Under the pieces are notes generated by a model, which searched no databases, was not told where the DNA came from, and worked only from the letters and a program-made list of their open reading frames with translations. From Podarcis muralis (Eukaryota): a stretch of DNA of 64,000 nucleotides. A program made the position numbers and the translations under genes. Location of the stretch: the NCBI RefSeq assembly GCF_964188315.1, contig NC_135665.1, forward strand, positions 42,718,001-42,782,000. Reading direction: 5' to 3'. Of the stretch, positions 36,171 through 49,757 are shown piece by piece. How positions within the stretch are numbered: position 1 is the first letter of the stretch; the number at the start of each line of letters is the position of its first letter.

Positions 36171-37264
36171 TCACCCTCATGTCCTCCCTCCACTGCACCA
36201 CTGTGGGAGTAGCTCATTAATAAGGCAAGGTTGATTTACACCCGTGGTTCCCAGACCTTTTTCACGCCGCCACCCCCCACCCCGTTGGTTCCATAGAGTC
36301 ATCCCCATCGCCTCCCACTCTACTCTATAAAAGGCATTACTCAGAATGGCAGTTTGCACAACCCAGTAAGGAAAAGAGTAACAGAATACATTTCAAAATA
36401 GCACCAATTAATTGCACATTTGTTCAGAACCCAGTTTAAACTATTCAGTTTAATTATTTCAGCAAAATGGATGAACTTAATCCAGCTTTTCCAAGTCTGA
36501 TAATCATTTGCTTACTCGGTGAGAGATCATAGAATTGTAGCGTTGGAAGAGTCCACGGGGGTCATCTAGTGGAAGCTTTTGCCCAAAGTGAGGCCCCACC
36601 CCTGCCATTAAGTGTCTCATGCTCTACCAACTGAGCCATCACTTCTGTTTACTTGCTGGTCTTTTGCAAACTGCATATACAAGCCTGGTCTCTCACCTCC
36701 TAGCCCAGCACTAAGCTTTATATGGAAGTAAGCAGTGTGTGTCATTGCTTTGTTCCTTGGCATTTGAGGACCTGGCTAAAAGAGCCCTGGCCAAAGATTT
36801 CTGCCTTTTGGCTTGCATGGCCCACAGTCCATCCCCCCCCTCTAACCAGCTGTTCTTGTTATGCAGGAAACAAGGGTTTGGTGTCTGGCGCGTGGCCTGA
36901 ACCCTGTCTCTGGCAGACACAAGATATGGCGAAGGAGTTCCTTGTTTCAGGCTGGGAATTGGACCTTGCCCATCCATAAAAATAGCCGTTAAAGGCTTGA
37001 CGAAACCAAATCTAGGCTGGTTAAAAATGTTTGCATGCAGTACTTTTCAGATGGGGCTGGTAAATGGGAAAGGTACGTAATCCCGAGGCTCAATACCAAT
37101 CTTAATATGCTTCGCTCACTGTTAAGGTCACTGCTCAAATGCAGTAAGGCACCTTTTCTGTGTGCAACGGAGCACAATATAATAATAAGCATTCTGATAT
37201 AATTCTGGTTCTTTTTTCTTTCGATTTTGCTCAAAGAACCTATCTTTTCAGTTCTATTTACAGC

Positions 37265-37552
37265 TAGGTAGCCGTGTTGGTCTGCCATCGTTGAAACAAA
37301 ATTTAAAAAATCCTTCTAGTAGCACCTTAGAGACCAACTAAGTTTGTTATTGGTATGAGCTTTCGTGTGCATGCACACTTCTTCAGATACACTGAAACAG
37401 AAGTCACCAGACCTTTATATATAGTGAGAAGGTGGGGAGGGGTATTACTCAGAAGGGTGGTGGGAATGGGTGATTGGCTGATAGGTGTGGTAAACCTGTT
37501 GATGACTGTTAAACGACTGCAATAGGTCTCTAAGGTGCTACTGGAAGGAATT
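37265..37552 (-). mobile_element. Penelope-like element remnant (pseudo-LTR with inverted terminal segment)
   Basis: 24-bp inverted repeat at 37312-37335 and 37525-37548 (1 mismatch). Minus strand carries CCAAT, TATATAAAG, the hammerhead core and the GTCTCTAAGGTGCTAC tail typical of reptile Penelope elements (recalled). Confidence 0.75.
37353..37390 (-). ncRNA. Minimal type-I hammerhead ribozyme motif, Penelope-associated variant
   Basis: Minus strand reads GUAU-CUGAAGA-A-GUGUGCAUGCACAC-GAAA-GCUC-AUAC: stem I GUAU/AUAC, core CUGANGA...GAAA, palindromic stem II, AGCU palindrome as stem III, CUC cleavage triplet. Confidence 0.7.
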
Positions 37553-39139
37553 TTTTTATTATCTTTTCAGCAACAGCTAAAGAACAATTTGCTTTCTAGC
37601 TGCAGCAGCAGCAGCAATGGATCAACAAGCAAACACTTGTTTCTCCAATGCTTCTTATAGGGTTCTTCCAAACTAACCCCCCCCCCCAAACCATTTTGCA
37701 TGTGAGATTCAGGTGCATATCAGCAAATTCAGGTTATGCAATGAGAATTAACAACATGAATTTTGCGGTAAGGAAGATGACAGGGCAATGCTTGAGAAGC
37801 TGTGGAGTAACACCTGCTTGAGGCAATGTTGTGTAACAGATCGGAATGAATGGTCCAGTGGCAGCCAACGTCATCTAACCACCCTGCAAGCTTTGTGCCA
37901 ACAAATTTGGATGAACGCTCATTGAATGGGTTGTATGAAAGGAACCCTAATAACACACTGCTCTCTTTATAAAGACTTTCATTTGGGCAACAGATATGTG
38001 CCCGTAACTAACTTGGTCCAAAGAATGAGTTTACATTGCCGCTGGACGAGCCCATTCCTAGCACAACTCTGCTCCTAGCAAAGTAGAATAGAGTTTCACA
38101 AGAGTATGGTAGGGAAACTCCAGGCTTGTGGAACCTACATTGCAGTAGTGCCCTGTTTGCATCGCAGTGGAGTAAATCTGTTGCTCCTGTCAGTATTCTC
38201 CCATCCTTGCTTTCACCCTGCCTCTGCCTAGTCCAGTTAGGCTGCAGTGATACAGGCGTTGACTCTGCCCTGCTACTTGGTTTGTTTGTTTGTTTGTTTA
38301 CTAGAACCTCGAAATGCACTGACCAGATCAGTGAAAGACATGCATTTAGCATTAAAGAATTCTGAGCCCCAAAATTTATTTGAGTATTGGAACTCGATGA
38401 AGCTCATGGTTCTTCCATTCCCCATCTGACTTCACTTCAACCATAAAATTTCAGAAGAGGGAATATTTTGTTACTGCTATCATTAAGCAGTCCTTCCTAA
38501 CTTACCAAGTCACCTGGAAATCTACCCATAGATTGAGAGATCTACGTTCTGCCCACGCTTGTCTGGGAGAGAACTCTGCCTCCATCCCAACAAACAAGCA
38601 CAGATTCCCTTCTGGAGCTTTCACTTTATTTATTTGTTTAAATATTTAAATGGAACATTTTGAGCCCCCCCCCCCAAACCCAACAACAAAACAGTGTAGG
38701 AGCCATGTTGGTCCATAAAGGGGGGGGGCAAAAGTTACCTAAATGTCAGTGTTGTTATTATGAGCAACCAAATGTCACTAAATACTGAAGATGCTTTCAG
38801 GTTCTCCTAGATGGCTAGATGTTAAAAAAAGCCGTCAGAGGAGGGGAAAGGGGGGAAAACACACACATTTGGCTTGATGGTGAAGATGCAAGGTCTGCAT
38901 TTAGTCACAGTCTGAAGATGGAGTTCAGGAAGAGATAGCAGAAGAAATTGGATTAGGCAGGCTTTACTCAGTGCTTTGCAGGTTTCAGGTTGTACCTATG
39001 ACTGCACAAACAAAGAAACAAGTATTGGCTGATAACCCTGGTGTTGTTTTTTAAAAAATAATAATAAATAAACCCATCAGTTACCTGGCTTTTTGTACCA
39101 TACCATTCAAAGGCAAATCGCAACATAAAAACTGGATAC

Positions 39140-39570
39140 AGATTTTTTTAAAAAAAACAATAACCCAGAGATGGAAGGAAGACATAGTCCCTACCAGAGA
39201 AGAATGGCAGATAAAATTGATGGATTGACAAATGACAAAATGACAAAATGACAAAAATGATCTGAAGAAATAGAAACCAGGAAGACCTAAGGAATGGGGG
39301 AAATATATAATTCACCTTAGAAATCGCTGTCAATTATTAAAATTATTAGTACGATTGGGATGTTACTTGTAGTTGAATGTTGAATTATGGTTGTAATGGA
39401 GATTTAATAGATTTGGATTAACAGAGAAGAGGCAGGAGGAAAAAAGTTAACATAAGTACCCACAAAGGGGAGGGTGGAAGTCCAGGTGAATCTATGAGAT
39501 TCTCTTTTTATTTTGGTTGTTTGACAATTGTTTGTAAATTTCAAAATCTGAAAAATTATTTTTTTAAAAA
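39140..39570 (+). mobile_element. L1-type LINE 3' end
   Basis: Encodes ITQRWKEDIVPTREEWQIKLMD...IRNQED, similar to the squamate L1 ORF2 C-terminus, then 3'UTR and A-rich tail. Confidence 0.75.
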
Positions 39571-40290
39571 ATACAACCCACAAAAGTATTTCTTTGTATT
39601 TTTTAAAAGCAGCTTCAAAACCCTGTTTTAAAACCCAGATATTTCCTATAATAAAATTGTATTTGCTACTAGAAATACAACAGCAAAGGGTGCTCTTTTG
39701 GGGGGGGAATGGGAGTTCCTGAGAGTGGCAAAGGCCTTAGTTAACCTGTCCTGCTGTATCTCAGATAGTGTGGGGTTCCTAAGCAGAGAAGTAATAGAAC
39801 TGCAGTACTGACATCTTTTGCCATGTCAGCCTTGCAGCTAGAGCCTGTTCTTGGAGTTCATCTGTGGGCATCATGTGTTGTTTCCTTGCGCTGCAGTCAC
39901 CTATCGGTTTATTACCTGTAATAAACAAGCCACTTATGTTTGACTAATTAGATCTAAGCCAGTAAACGGCTTTGATGCAAGTATTCCCCCTTAATTGAAT
40001 AAGTCTTCTTCTAACAACACTCAAGTAGGGCATGACTTTCTAAGGACTGTTTTGACTACCGTCGAACAACTTGCAGTGCCAGGCTAGAATACAAACAGGA
40101 TAGCTGTGCAAAGTGATGGCTAATGGAAATTTCCTTTCATTTTAAACTTGGCAATGCTCAGATTTCAATTCTCTTACAATGCAGTCATATCTATCTATCC
40201 AGAAGTAAGTCACAGTGAGTTCAGCGGGGCTTATTCCCATGTATAAGTGGGTACAGGATTGCAGCCTTAAGGGTGTTAATTAAATGCCAC

Positions 40291-40462
40291 ATGGCGTTTC
40301 CGTGCGCTGCTCTGGTTCTCCAGAAGCGGCTTAGTCATGCTGGCCACATGACCCGGAAGCTGTACGCCGGCTCCCTTGGCCAATAAAGCGAGATGAGCAC
40401 CGCAACCCCAGAGTCGGCCACGACTGGACCTAATGGTCAGGGGTCCCTTTACCTTTACCTTT
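40291..40462 (+). mobile_element. Sauria SINE 3' half
   Basis: Matches the 3' half of the 8465 copy and ends in TTTACCTTTACCTTT. Confidence 0.88.
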
Positions 40463-42669
40463 ATATGCTCTTCTCTGTCACTTCTGCATTGCTTTTCCCA
40501 TTCCCTGCCCACCCTCTCCCAAAAACAACAACATGGCAATGATGCACTGTTGATCACATTCTTGACAATTCGCCCTTCTTTGGGATCAAGAGAAGGAAAA
40601 AAGCAGAGTGCAACAGACTCAAGCCCTGATTGATTGCAGCTCCTTGCTGTTTTCACGACTGGCTGGCTCCATCCTGTTCTTACGTCACATTGTTCTGACA
40701 GCCAGGGTGATGTAGTGTTTGCTGCACTGGGAGCAGGAAGAGATCTGTGTTCAGGTCTTCACTTAACCAAACAAAGCTTACTGAACGCTGGGCCAGTTTC
40801 ACCCTCTCAGACCAAGCTGCATCTCAGAATTGATGAAACAAGTAACCACTTGTTGCCTTGAATACTTTGCGGAAAGGTGGAATATAAATAAACAAATAGT
40901 AATCAAAATTAAAAAAAACACCTGCAACAGAATTTTGCAGAGTGGAGTGCTGCTGTTTAGGATTCTGGCTACTTCATTCCATTAGACTCCATTCCTTCTC
41001 CCATCTTCTGGTTTTCCATCTCTCTCCTGTCCAGCAGTCAGCATTCCTTGGCCACTGAATAGGCTCAGTCCTTAATGAATGGTTTTGTGGTGGGTCGCTC
41101 CTCCCTCTTTCATAAACTTTCTTTTGTACTTCTCTTGTACTTCTGGTAACTCTGGGATTCTTCTAAATCCTGCTAATATCTCCTTCTGTGTGGGTGGTGC
41201 TGGTCTGGTCATTTAACCCATGGCACTAAAAACCCACACATTGAAATTAGAGGGAATGTCGTGCGTTGTCCTAAATTTCTAGAAGGAATGATGGAGCGAT
41301 ATAAAAAAATGCATGGAACCACACTTGAAGTTTATGCCAGGAAAAATAATAATAATTCTCTAATGAGCATATAAATGAGTAAATCTTCAGGTAGATATCC
41401 ACAGCAGAGACCTACCTTTTGGCCAGTACATCAGAGCTGAATTATTCTCTTCTTAATGCAGGCAAGTTGGGTTATTTCGTTCTCTTTTTTCTTTTTTGTA
41501 TACAGTAAAGGGATTTCTCAAGGTACAGGAAGCCTGTACCATCGTTCTGTTTTGTTTTAAAATCTATATCCCATCCAAATGTTCTCTAAAGGCAGTCTAC
41601 AAGACAATGTTTTAAAGCATACAATAAAAGAAACGATAAAATCCAAAGTCAGCCATCAGTTAGACATAGTCCCTGGCAGCAGCAAGAGCATTCTAAGGAC
41701 TTCTGCAGATGACCTACATGCTGAGCATTCAACCTGATTTGCTTACAGAAAGCATATGCAGAGCTTAAGATTACATCGGGTCTTTATTGAGCATTAGTTC
41801 CAATTTGCTTATGAAGTATTTTACCGCCCTGTTAATCACTTGTTCGTTCCACACCTTTTCACGCATTTCTCCCATCTCTTTCCTAACCACCAAAAAAAAA
41901 GTACATTTCTTTCTTTAACGTGACATTTGTTGTGCCAGGGTGACAGAGCACTTTAATCCACCTTTATGTTTTCCAGACTGAAACTTCACGGTGCACTGTT
42001 GAATCCCTCCTGCAAAATAACGACAGTTTGGAGGCACCCTTAGACTGCAAATGCCTGCTTAAGGAACATAAATGCTTTGGCCAACTTCCCGTATTCCAAG
42101 AGCAAACAAATGTGTTGGGAAGAACCCACCTCAGAAATGGTGCTGCTTTTGAGAAAGCCCTTTAACTTCTTAACTGCAAAACCTGAGCTATCTCTTAGAG
42201 GAGCCTGGAGTGCATGTGGCAGGAGGCAATACAAAGGGTACCTTAATGGCATTCATCATGGTTGCAGCTGATAAGACCTGGTTCCTACATGAAGCTTAGT
42301 CAAACAATGGCTTAGTGCAAATAGGTGGGTTCTCAGAGAAGAGATCACAGCTGCCTTGCTCTCCTCCAGTCCTGTTGCTGCTGCAGTGCTGTGAGCTAAG
42401 GAATGGTTTGGCATATCATGTCATTTGAAGCTCATGGTCATGGTTTCTTCTCTCTAAGCAAAGCGTGAACTGTAACCAAGGTTTGCTATTTGTTTATGCC
42501 ACATGGTTTGTCTGGAGGAGGAAAACCATGAGCTTGGGCTCAGCTGACATGCTAAACCAAACAATTGTCTAGCTTGCAGCAGGACCAGAGGAGGTGCAAA
42601 GGTGGCCACGATCTCATCTCTGGGAGCTTACACATTTGTGCTAAAACCATGGTTTGGCTTAGCATTACG

Positions 42670-43500
42670 TGTGGGCCGAGCCAAATCCCGCTAATAGTAC
42701 GGCTTATTTCTTTTTTTCTTTTTTGGAGAATCAAAGCAGCTAGTAAGCCTGATCTTTATTAAACTGTTGCAACAGGGTCCTCACTCACCACATGCCGGAG
42801 GGAGGAGAAACCCAGAACAAAGGTGTGCCCACCCTTATATAGACCTTTTAAACTGCCCACCCTCAAACTCCAGACCACCCCCAGAAACATCATACATACA
42901 TCACAGAAGGGGTGTATCCCAGGACCACCTTCCCCAATGCATCATACATACATCACAGGGGCGGTCTAAAACAGAACCCTGAGTGTGTTGTTTATCTCCT
43001 GTCCGGCAGGTTACCTGGTTGCATTATCTGGGTTTTGGCCACTCTTGTTTTTTTTGTTTGTTTTTTTTTAATGTATTTTTTATTAAAGATTTTCTTAATT
43101 TACAAAAGTATGTGTAATGTCTCACTCTCTCTCTCTCTCTTTTCCCATTCAAGTAACATTTTTACAGATCAGTTTCATTTGTTGAGACATTAGGAAGAAG
43201 AAGGTGAAAGGGGGGGGGGAGATGGGTGGGGGTGTGGTCGGGTGGCCATGTTTCTATTTTACTTGATGTATGTGTGGGGTTTTGTGTCAGCGTCGCTTGT
43301 GCAGGTTCTGTGCTATTCACTTGTGTTCCTTTGGTGGTGAGCGAGATTGGGCTTGGCCCAGGGTGTGGTTGTTTGTTTGTGATTCACTGTGGTGATCTTT
43401 GTTTTCATGTGTGAGTGGGGTGGGTGGGTGTTTTGGATCAGGTTTGAGTGCGGCTTACTTCTGTACTTTCCAGGGCTCATTGTATTAAATGATGTTCCCT
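42670..43500. repeat. Unclassified interspersed repeat(s): LTR-like piece followed by a LINE 3'UTR-like piece
   Basis: CTTTATTAAAC and CCTTATATAG on the antisense sense, direct repeat CATCATACATACATCACAG x2, then a GT-rich tract; no convincing TSD. Confidence 0.4.
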
Positions 43501-43980
43501 TTGCCCGTAGGATTAACAAATTTTAATATCCTGATCCCAAACGCAACAGGTGGAAGCAAATTCCATGGAAGCTGAGATTAGTATATACAAGACATATGAC
43601 TTTTTGAGGCAAAATGCAAGATGGTGCCCCCTCTCCTGACAGCCATTCCGTGTACAAAGCCAGGCACCCTGGTGATGGGGCAGCATCCTGAGAGCAGGAG
43701 GCTGATTTAGGGGGCTCAGGGTTAGCTGAGATCTCCGTGCCATTCAGTTTCTGCCATCTGAGGGGAGTTTGTGCTCAATGGCAGCGCTGGCTTTTGATGC
43801 ATTGTTAGGTTTGAGGTTGCCCATTAAACTGCACTGGAGATAGAATTCCAGTTGAAGAACAAATAGGAATTCTGTATACTCAGAATACTGCAAAAAAAAA
43901 ATGTATATTGGAAAAGGAGGTGGGAGATATTTGCTGCTTTGCCTCAGGTAGCAAAATGTTTTGGATTGACCCTATAGATA

Positions 43981-44222
43981 CAGTGGTACCTCAGGTTAAG
44001 TACTTAATTCGTTCCGGAGGTCTGTACTTAACCTGAAACTGTTCTTAACCTGAAGCACCACTTTAGCTAATGGGGCCTCTTGCTGCCGCTGTGCCGCTGG
44101 AGCACGATTTCTGTTCTCATCCTAAAGCAAAGTTCTTAACCTGAAGCAATATTTCTGGGTTAGCGGAGTCTGTAACCTGAAGCGTATGTAACCTGAAGCG
44201 TATGTAACCCGAGGTACCACTG
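43981..44222. mobile_element. Tc1/mariner-type MITE
   Basis: Same TIRs, TA TSD. Confidence 0.92.
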
Positions 44223-45256
44223 TACTCAAAATTGACTTGTGCGGGTTGTCAGCCAAATTGCTCTCCCTGAGGGAAACATCTGAACACTTGTCCTTACCTT
44301 TAAATAAGAAATATGTGGTGTTACAAAACAGAGACAGTTCTGGATATTGCACTTGCATTTTAATAACCACCTCGCAAAGAGTTTTGTTCTTTCAGATGGC
44401 ATGCACAAACATTAAAGGAAACTTTTGTGTTCACCTGTGTTTTCTTTACTTCCTCTCCAGAGGTTTGATCTGCCCTCAGTATGCCCACAGGAGTATCCTT
44501 TGGTAGGTTGGAGGCTGAATACAAAAAGCATATTTCTCTGATGTTTTAGCTGAATAGAGGATTTGAATTTAAGGTACATTTCAACAATAAGTCGTTTCCA
44601 GGGAGCAATTTTGCAAGAGGTCTTATGGCAATTCCACACCGTTTTAAAAAAATAAAAGGCTGACATTATTGACTGTGCTGGGCCACAGCTGTGGATCATT
44701 GTATGAAATCCCTGTCAGAACGGGAGTATGTTGGGCATGAGATAAACAGAATGTGTGTTTTGTAATTTGCACCTCTCTTTTGAACCATAGCTCCTGTTCA
44801 GGTTTCCTGCTAGACTTCTATGTCCTCTTTCAGGATACTCTAAGGTTTTCTCCCCAAAAGGCAGTTCCCAGCGAGTGTGCCCAGTCTTCACTGGGCAGTT
44901 CCCTTCCCCACACTTAGATTCCCACCCACTCTTTTTGGGGGGTAATTCTACAAACCCTGAGATCCCCCAGAACCTACTGATATCTCCTCTTGTTCATGGG
45001 TGGTACGTAGAGAGTCACACTTGGAGAATGAGTTTGCTGTTAGTATATAGGAGTCTCTGAACACAAGAAGAGGCTGCTGGATCAAATCAAAGGGCCTAAG
45101 AGTCCAACATCCTGTTTTCACAGTAGCGGAAAGCCTGAAAGCAGGACCTGAGTGCCACAACAACTGGTATTCAGCCTTTGGCAGTGGCGGTAGTACACTC
45201 GGATAGAGAATGGTATTCCAAGTAGCACATTTCAGGCTACACTCTGCTCAGGCAAC

Positions 45257-46042
45257 TGTCAGGGCTGGAGTCAGATGCAGGTCAGCACAAAGAGGCAGAG
45301 TCAGTTGTCAGTGAAGTTAACTCTTTATTCAAGGAAATGGCATAAGAACAGCTTAATTTATGAACACTGCAAACCCAGAAGTAGGTGTTTTGGTTTGTGA
45401 ACTTTGCCTTGGAAGCAGAACATGTTCCGCTTCCTGCTGAGTGTAAATTGAATCCCCCGCTGCTATGGGAAAGCACGCCTTGGTTTAAGAACACTTTGGT
45501 TTAAAAATGGACTTCCGGAACGGATTAAGTTCGTAAACCAAGGTACCACTGTACAACTCCACAATACTTCCTAGTAGTAGATCTTGCCTCTATACAGAAG
45601 TTGCCAGGACTGAAGGTCCCTGCCTTCCACCGCTTCAAAGCTCCTCCTCTCCCAGATGTTTCCCAAGCAGTCTCAAACTGCATCTGTGCACCCCTGGTCT
45701 CTGTGTTCTGCCGTCGTCATTATTCTGCACGTTCTTTGAGATCAAGGGGAGCTTGTCACAACAGGAGAGGGAGAGTCCTTGGATTCTACAGCGGCTTCTT
45801 AACCCAGCTCCTCTGCTTCAGCTTTGGAGTCTGATCTGCTCCTTGTCATCAGCTCTCCCAGCTCACTAAACCCTGTTGTCCCTTCAGCATCCAGCCTCTC
45901 CTCCCAATCTTCTCCCTCTGACCTCTCCTCAGTGTCCCACCACTGATCCCCTGGCTCTGAGCCTTCCTTCTCTGGGGTTTCCCTGGGGGGTTCCTTGGCT
46001 GGTGTCTCCCTCCACTCCTCTTTGTCCAGCCAGTCCCTGACA
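45257..46042 (-). mobile_element. Solo LTR family B, copy 2, carrying a partial Tc1/mariner-type MITE (about 45347-45550)
   Basis: TGTCAGGG...CCCTGACA; perfect 5-bp TSD GCAAC; extra segment ending GGTACCACTG|TA is absent from copy 1. Confidence 0.85.
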
Positions 46043-46296
46043 GCAACACATGGAGAAAATGTGTACTGGCTCCTGCCCCAGTCTTCTTGCATTAAATGGG
46101 GAGGACCGAAGGGAGCTTCTGAGCACATTCAGCTGAATGCATTTAGAAGCCTCCCAGTGATTGGGAGTCCTGAGAAGGAAAAGCCTCCCAATTGTGTGGT
46201 GGCTTCCAGCTACTTTCAGCTGAATGTGCTTAGAGGGCTTGGTCTTCAAACCCTGGGACTCAACCTGGAAAGGGGGAGGTGACACTGGGGCTAGGG

Positions 46297-46687
46297 CAGG
46301 GGTCCCCAAACTAAGGTCCACAGGCCGGATAAGACCTGAGGGACTTGTTTATCCAGCCTGCGGCAACCCCTGCCACCTGCTGCCACCACCCACTCCTACT
46401 GGCTCTGCGCAGCTGCCCACTTCCGGGTCAGAGGAGCACCAGAAACAGCTTGTGCGCACGCGCAAGTGTTGTTTGTGCATGTGCAAGCGTTATTTCCGGT
46501 GCACATCCAGGTCGGAGGAGGCCCGTGCACATGCGCACAAGCTATTTCCGGTGCTCCTCCTACCCAGAAGTGCGTCGGAAATAGTGTGTGTGCATGCGTA
46601 TGGGCGCGCACTCCCTCGCCCTCTGGCCCGCCACGCAATCTGCGCTGGAGACACCAGCCTGAGGCGTGGTAAGTTTGCTGACCCCTG
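46297..46687. mobile_element. hAT-type MITE, CpG-rich interior
   Basis: CAGGGGTCCCCAAACT...AGTTTGCTGACCCCTG; TSD GGCTAGGG/GGCTAAGG. Confidence 0.85.
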
Positions 46688-47893
46688 GGCTAAGGTTTGC
46701 CTGTGTGATTCTATTGTCCTGTTCACACATTTACTTTAAAGACAGTTCCCTTCAAATAAACATTTGCTGTGTGTTTATATAAACTGGGGGCTTGCGTTGT
46801 TGGGTGACTCATTCGTATCCTCTGGTAACATATGGGTATATTACTATATAATCTTCATAGCCGTATATCCCATTTCCACTGCTACAGCTTTGCAAAGTCT
46901 AGTCCTGATGTAAGGTTTAGTCTTTCTTATCCTGTTATCATGGAGCCAGTTTATATGCTTTATAAGCTGTAAATGATCACTTTAACCAAAATGGCAAAAT
47001 GTGATAAGCGCTATTTATTTAGTGCAGATTTATTAAGTGCAGAATTATTGAGCTCACCATCCAACACATTTCTCTTCTGCATGGTTTTTTTTAATAGTCT
47101 TTTGACCTTCTTAATCAGTTACAGGAAAGGGAGAGGTATGGGCTGGTTTGCACTGTAGGTTTCTGTTCTCATGGTCATAGTAGCCACTGAACTTTCTTAC
47201 ACTCTAAATGCTACACAACATGGGCTCTCTAGTTATGGGCACATCCATTCCATCCGTTTCAAGGATGGAAATGCATATTTAAAGCCCCAAAGAATCCTGG
47301 GAATTGTGGTTTGTTAAAGCTGCCCTGTGAGGGTGAAACCACAGTCCCCAGGATTCTCTGGGGGCGAATCATGCTTTAAGTGCATGATGAGGATCTGCCC
47401 TATGAGTCTGGAACACTGGGATGAAGGGCATTTCAGGGGGAAAGTGAGTGGCAGGGCAAGGGTTAAGCATTCCTTTATCCACTGTTCTTGATGCTCTTCT
47501 TCCCTCCCAAGAGCTCTTTGCATGGGAGAAGTTGCCTCCAGGACTTTGTTGGGCACAGCTGTAGTGCTGTGCACGGATTGTTACTCATAATAAGTGGAGG
47601 AAATGTATTTGGACAAGAGCTGGGTAAGGCAGCCCTTGCCAGACTACAGCTCTGTGCTGGCTGATGCAAGTTGCAGGCTAAAGCATTGGTTGGGGAAAAG
47701 CAGCAGGTTGGAAAAGGCTGAATTTCAACAAGTAGAATGGAAAAGAGTTGAGAGATGCAACAGGAGTTACATCCTTATTTATTATTAGAATTTATATACC
47801 ACCCTATACCTGGGGAAGGGGTGTCACAGGGTGGTTCACAGGAGAAAATCAAAATATAAAACCACAAAATATATAATCAAAATAAAAACAACA

Positions 47894-47924
<31 letters not shown>
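47894..47924. repeat. (AAT)n microsatellite at a LINE tail
   Basis: About 10 AAT units immediately before the 47938 SINE. Confidence 0.9.
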
Positions 47925-47925
<1 letters not shown>

Positions 47926-47937
47926 TATTTATTAAAA

Positions 47938-48298
47938 GGGACGCGGGTGGCGCTGTGGGTAAAAGCCTCAGTGCCTAGGGCTTGCCGATCAAAAGGTCGG
48001 CGGTTCGAATCCCCGCGGCGGGGTGCGCTCCCGTAGTTTGGTCCCAGCGCATGCCAACCTAGCAGTTCGAAAGCACCCCCGGGTGCAAGTAGATAAATAG
48101 GGACTGCTTACTAGCGGGAAGGTAAACGGCGTTCCGTGTGCGGCTCTGGCTCGCCAGAGCAGCGATGTTACGCTGGCTACGTGACCCGGAAGTGTCTCCG
48201 GACAGCGCTGGCCCCCGGCCTCTTGAGTGAGATGGGCGCACAACCCTAGAGTCTGTCAAGACTGGCCCGTACGGGCAGGGGTACCTTTACCTTTACCT
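47938..48298 (+). mobile_element. Sauria SINE, distinct CpG-rich subfamily
   Basis: Same head and tail, but a diverged body (GTGTCTCCGGACAGCGCTGGCCCCCGG...); TSD approximately AATATATTTATT. Confidence 0.88.
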
Positions 48299-48299
48299 A

Positions 48300-48680
48300 A
48301 TATATTTATTATTTATACACTGCCCATCTGGCTGGGTTTTCCCAGCCACTCTGGGCGGATTCGAACAAAATATTAAAAATACAATAAAACATAAGACATT
48401 AAAAACTTCCCTAAAAAGGGCTGCCTTCAGATGTGCTCTAAATGTCAGATAGTTGTTTATTTCCTTTACATCTGATGGGAAGGCGTCCCTCCACCCCCCA
48501 CCCCCCCAAAAAAAACACATTTTAAAAGGGTATAGGATGTCAATCAGGTCAACCAAATGCCTGGTTAAAAAGGAACATTTTTGCCTGGCGCCTAAAGGTG
48601 TGTAATGGAGGCGCCAGGTGAACTTCCCTGGGGAGAGCATTCCACAGACGGGGAACCACTGCAGAGAAGGCCTGTTCTCA
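48300..48680 (-). mobile_element. L2-type LINE 3' end
   Basis: Minus strand encodes AFSAVVPRLWNALPREVHLAPPLHTFRRQAKMFLFNQAF, followed by an (AATA)n tail. Confidence 0.78.
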
Positions 48681-48796
48681 GGGGTGTGGTGAAAATCTCA
48701 TTTAACAGTGAACAAGGCTGGAATCCTGTACCAAGCTTCATAGGATTGCACTGTAAAGTCTGAAATCAAAGCAATAGAGTGAAACAGTAAGGAGTA

Positions 48797-49022
48797 CAGT
48801 GGTACTTCAGGGTACAGACGCTTCAGGTTACAGACTCCGCTAACCCAGAAATAGTACCTCGGATTAAGAACTTTACCTCAGGTTGAGAACAGAAATTGCG
48901 CGGCAGCGGCACAGCAGCAGCGAGAGGCCCCATTAGCTAAAGTGGTACCTCTGGTTAAGAACAGTTTCAGGTTAAGAACGGACCTCCAGACTGAATTAAG
49001 TTCTTAACCTGAGGTACCATTG
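48797..49022. mobile_element. Tc1/mariner-type MITE
   Basis: Slightly degenerate TIRs, TA TSD. Confidence 0.9.
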
Positions 49023-49757
49023 TATCAAGGAGCTGAGAGGAGTAATTCCCCTTTTTTCAGGGGTGGATGGAAAGCTTTGCTTTATGGCTGTTCTTCAGGA
49101 CTAAGTACTCTGAGAATGCTGATCACTCAAGATGGAAGGAGTGCATGATCTTCACTGTCTGTTACTCACACGTTGAGATCAGCAATGCTCTTGTCATTAT
49201 AATTTGCATTAGTGACACTGATATTTATTTTTCAAGAGCCATTCTTTATGCCAAAAGAGACTTTGATTATGTTACAATGCCTAATTCCATGGCAGGTTTG
49301 AGTCATCATCTGTCATTGGAGAAGGGCATCAGAGTTCTTTTCCACTTAAAGAGAGAACAAGAGGGGGAAATTTGGACACGATATCCCAATTCCCAAATAC
49401 CCTGGTGAATAGAAAAATGCGCATCATGATCTTTTTAATGGATTTCTGCACAAATTCCCCCAGCTTTAAGATGAGTGATACAGTAACTCAGGTAAGATTA
49501 TGACTAGGACTGTGACATTCACGCTTCACCTTCATATGCATGTAAGTAATGTGGTGTGGTGTTATTTAAAAAATGGTTGAATTCGTTCCCCTTCTTTTCA
49601 TGAATTGTAGCATACGGGGACCGTGGTCCCCTGTCTTGAATGTTGTCCCCAGGGAATCTCACCCGGCACCGACTTACACAATTTTAGGTGCCAGGAAAAG
49701 ACTTTTCTCTGCTCTTCTGGCTTATTAGTTGTTTTCAGAAGCTTAGTAGTTTAGGTA

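Noticed and set aside
41977-42165. + strand acceptor (TTTTCCAG) followed by a 62-codon open frame; overlapping minus ORF 42040-42252
   Set aside because: No resemblance to PDE4 sequence. Splicing from the phase-2 exon would create an immediate TGA. No independent evidence.
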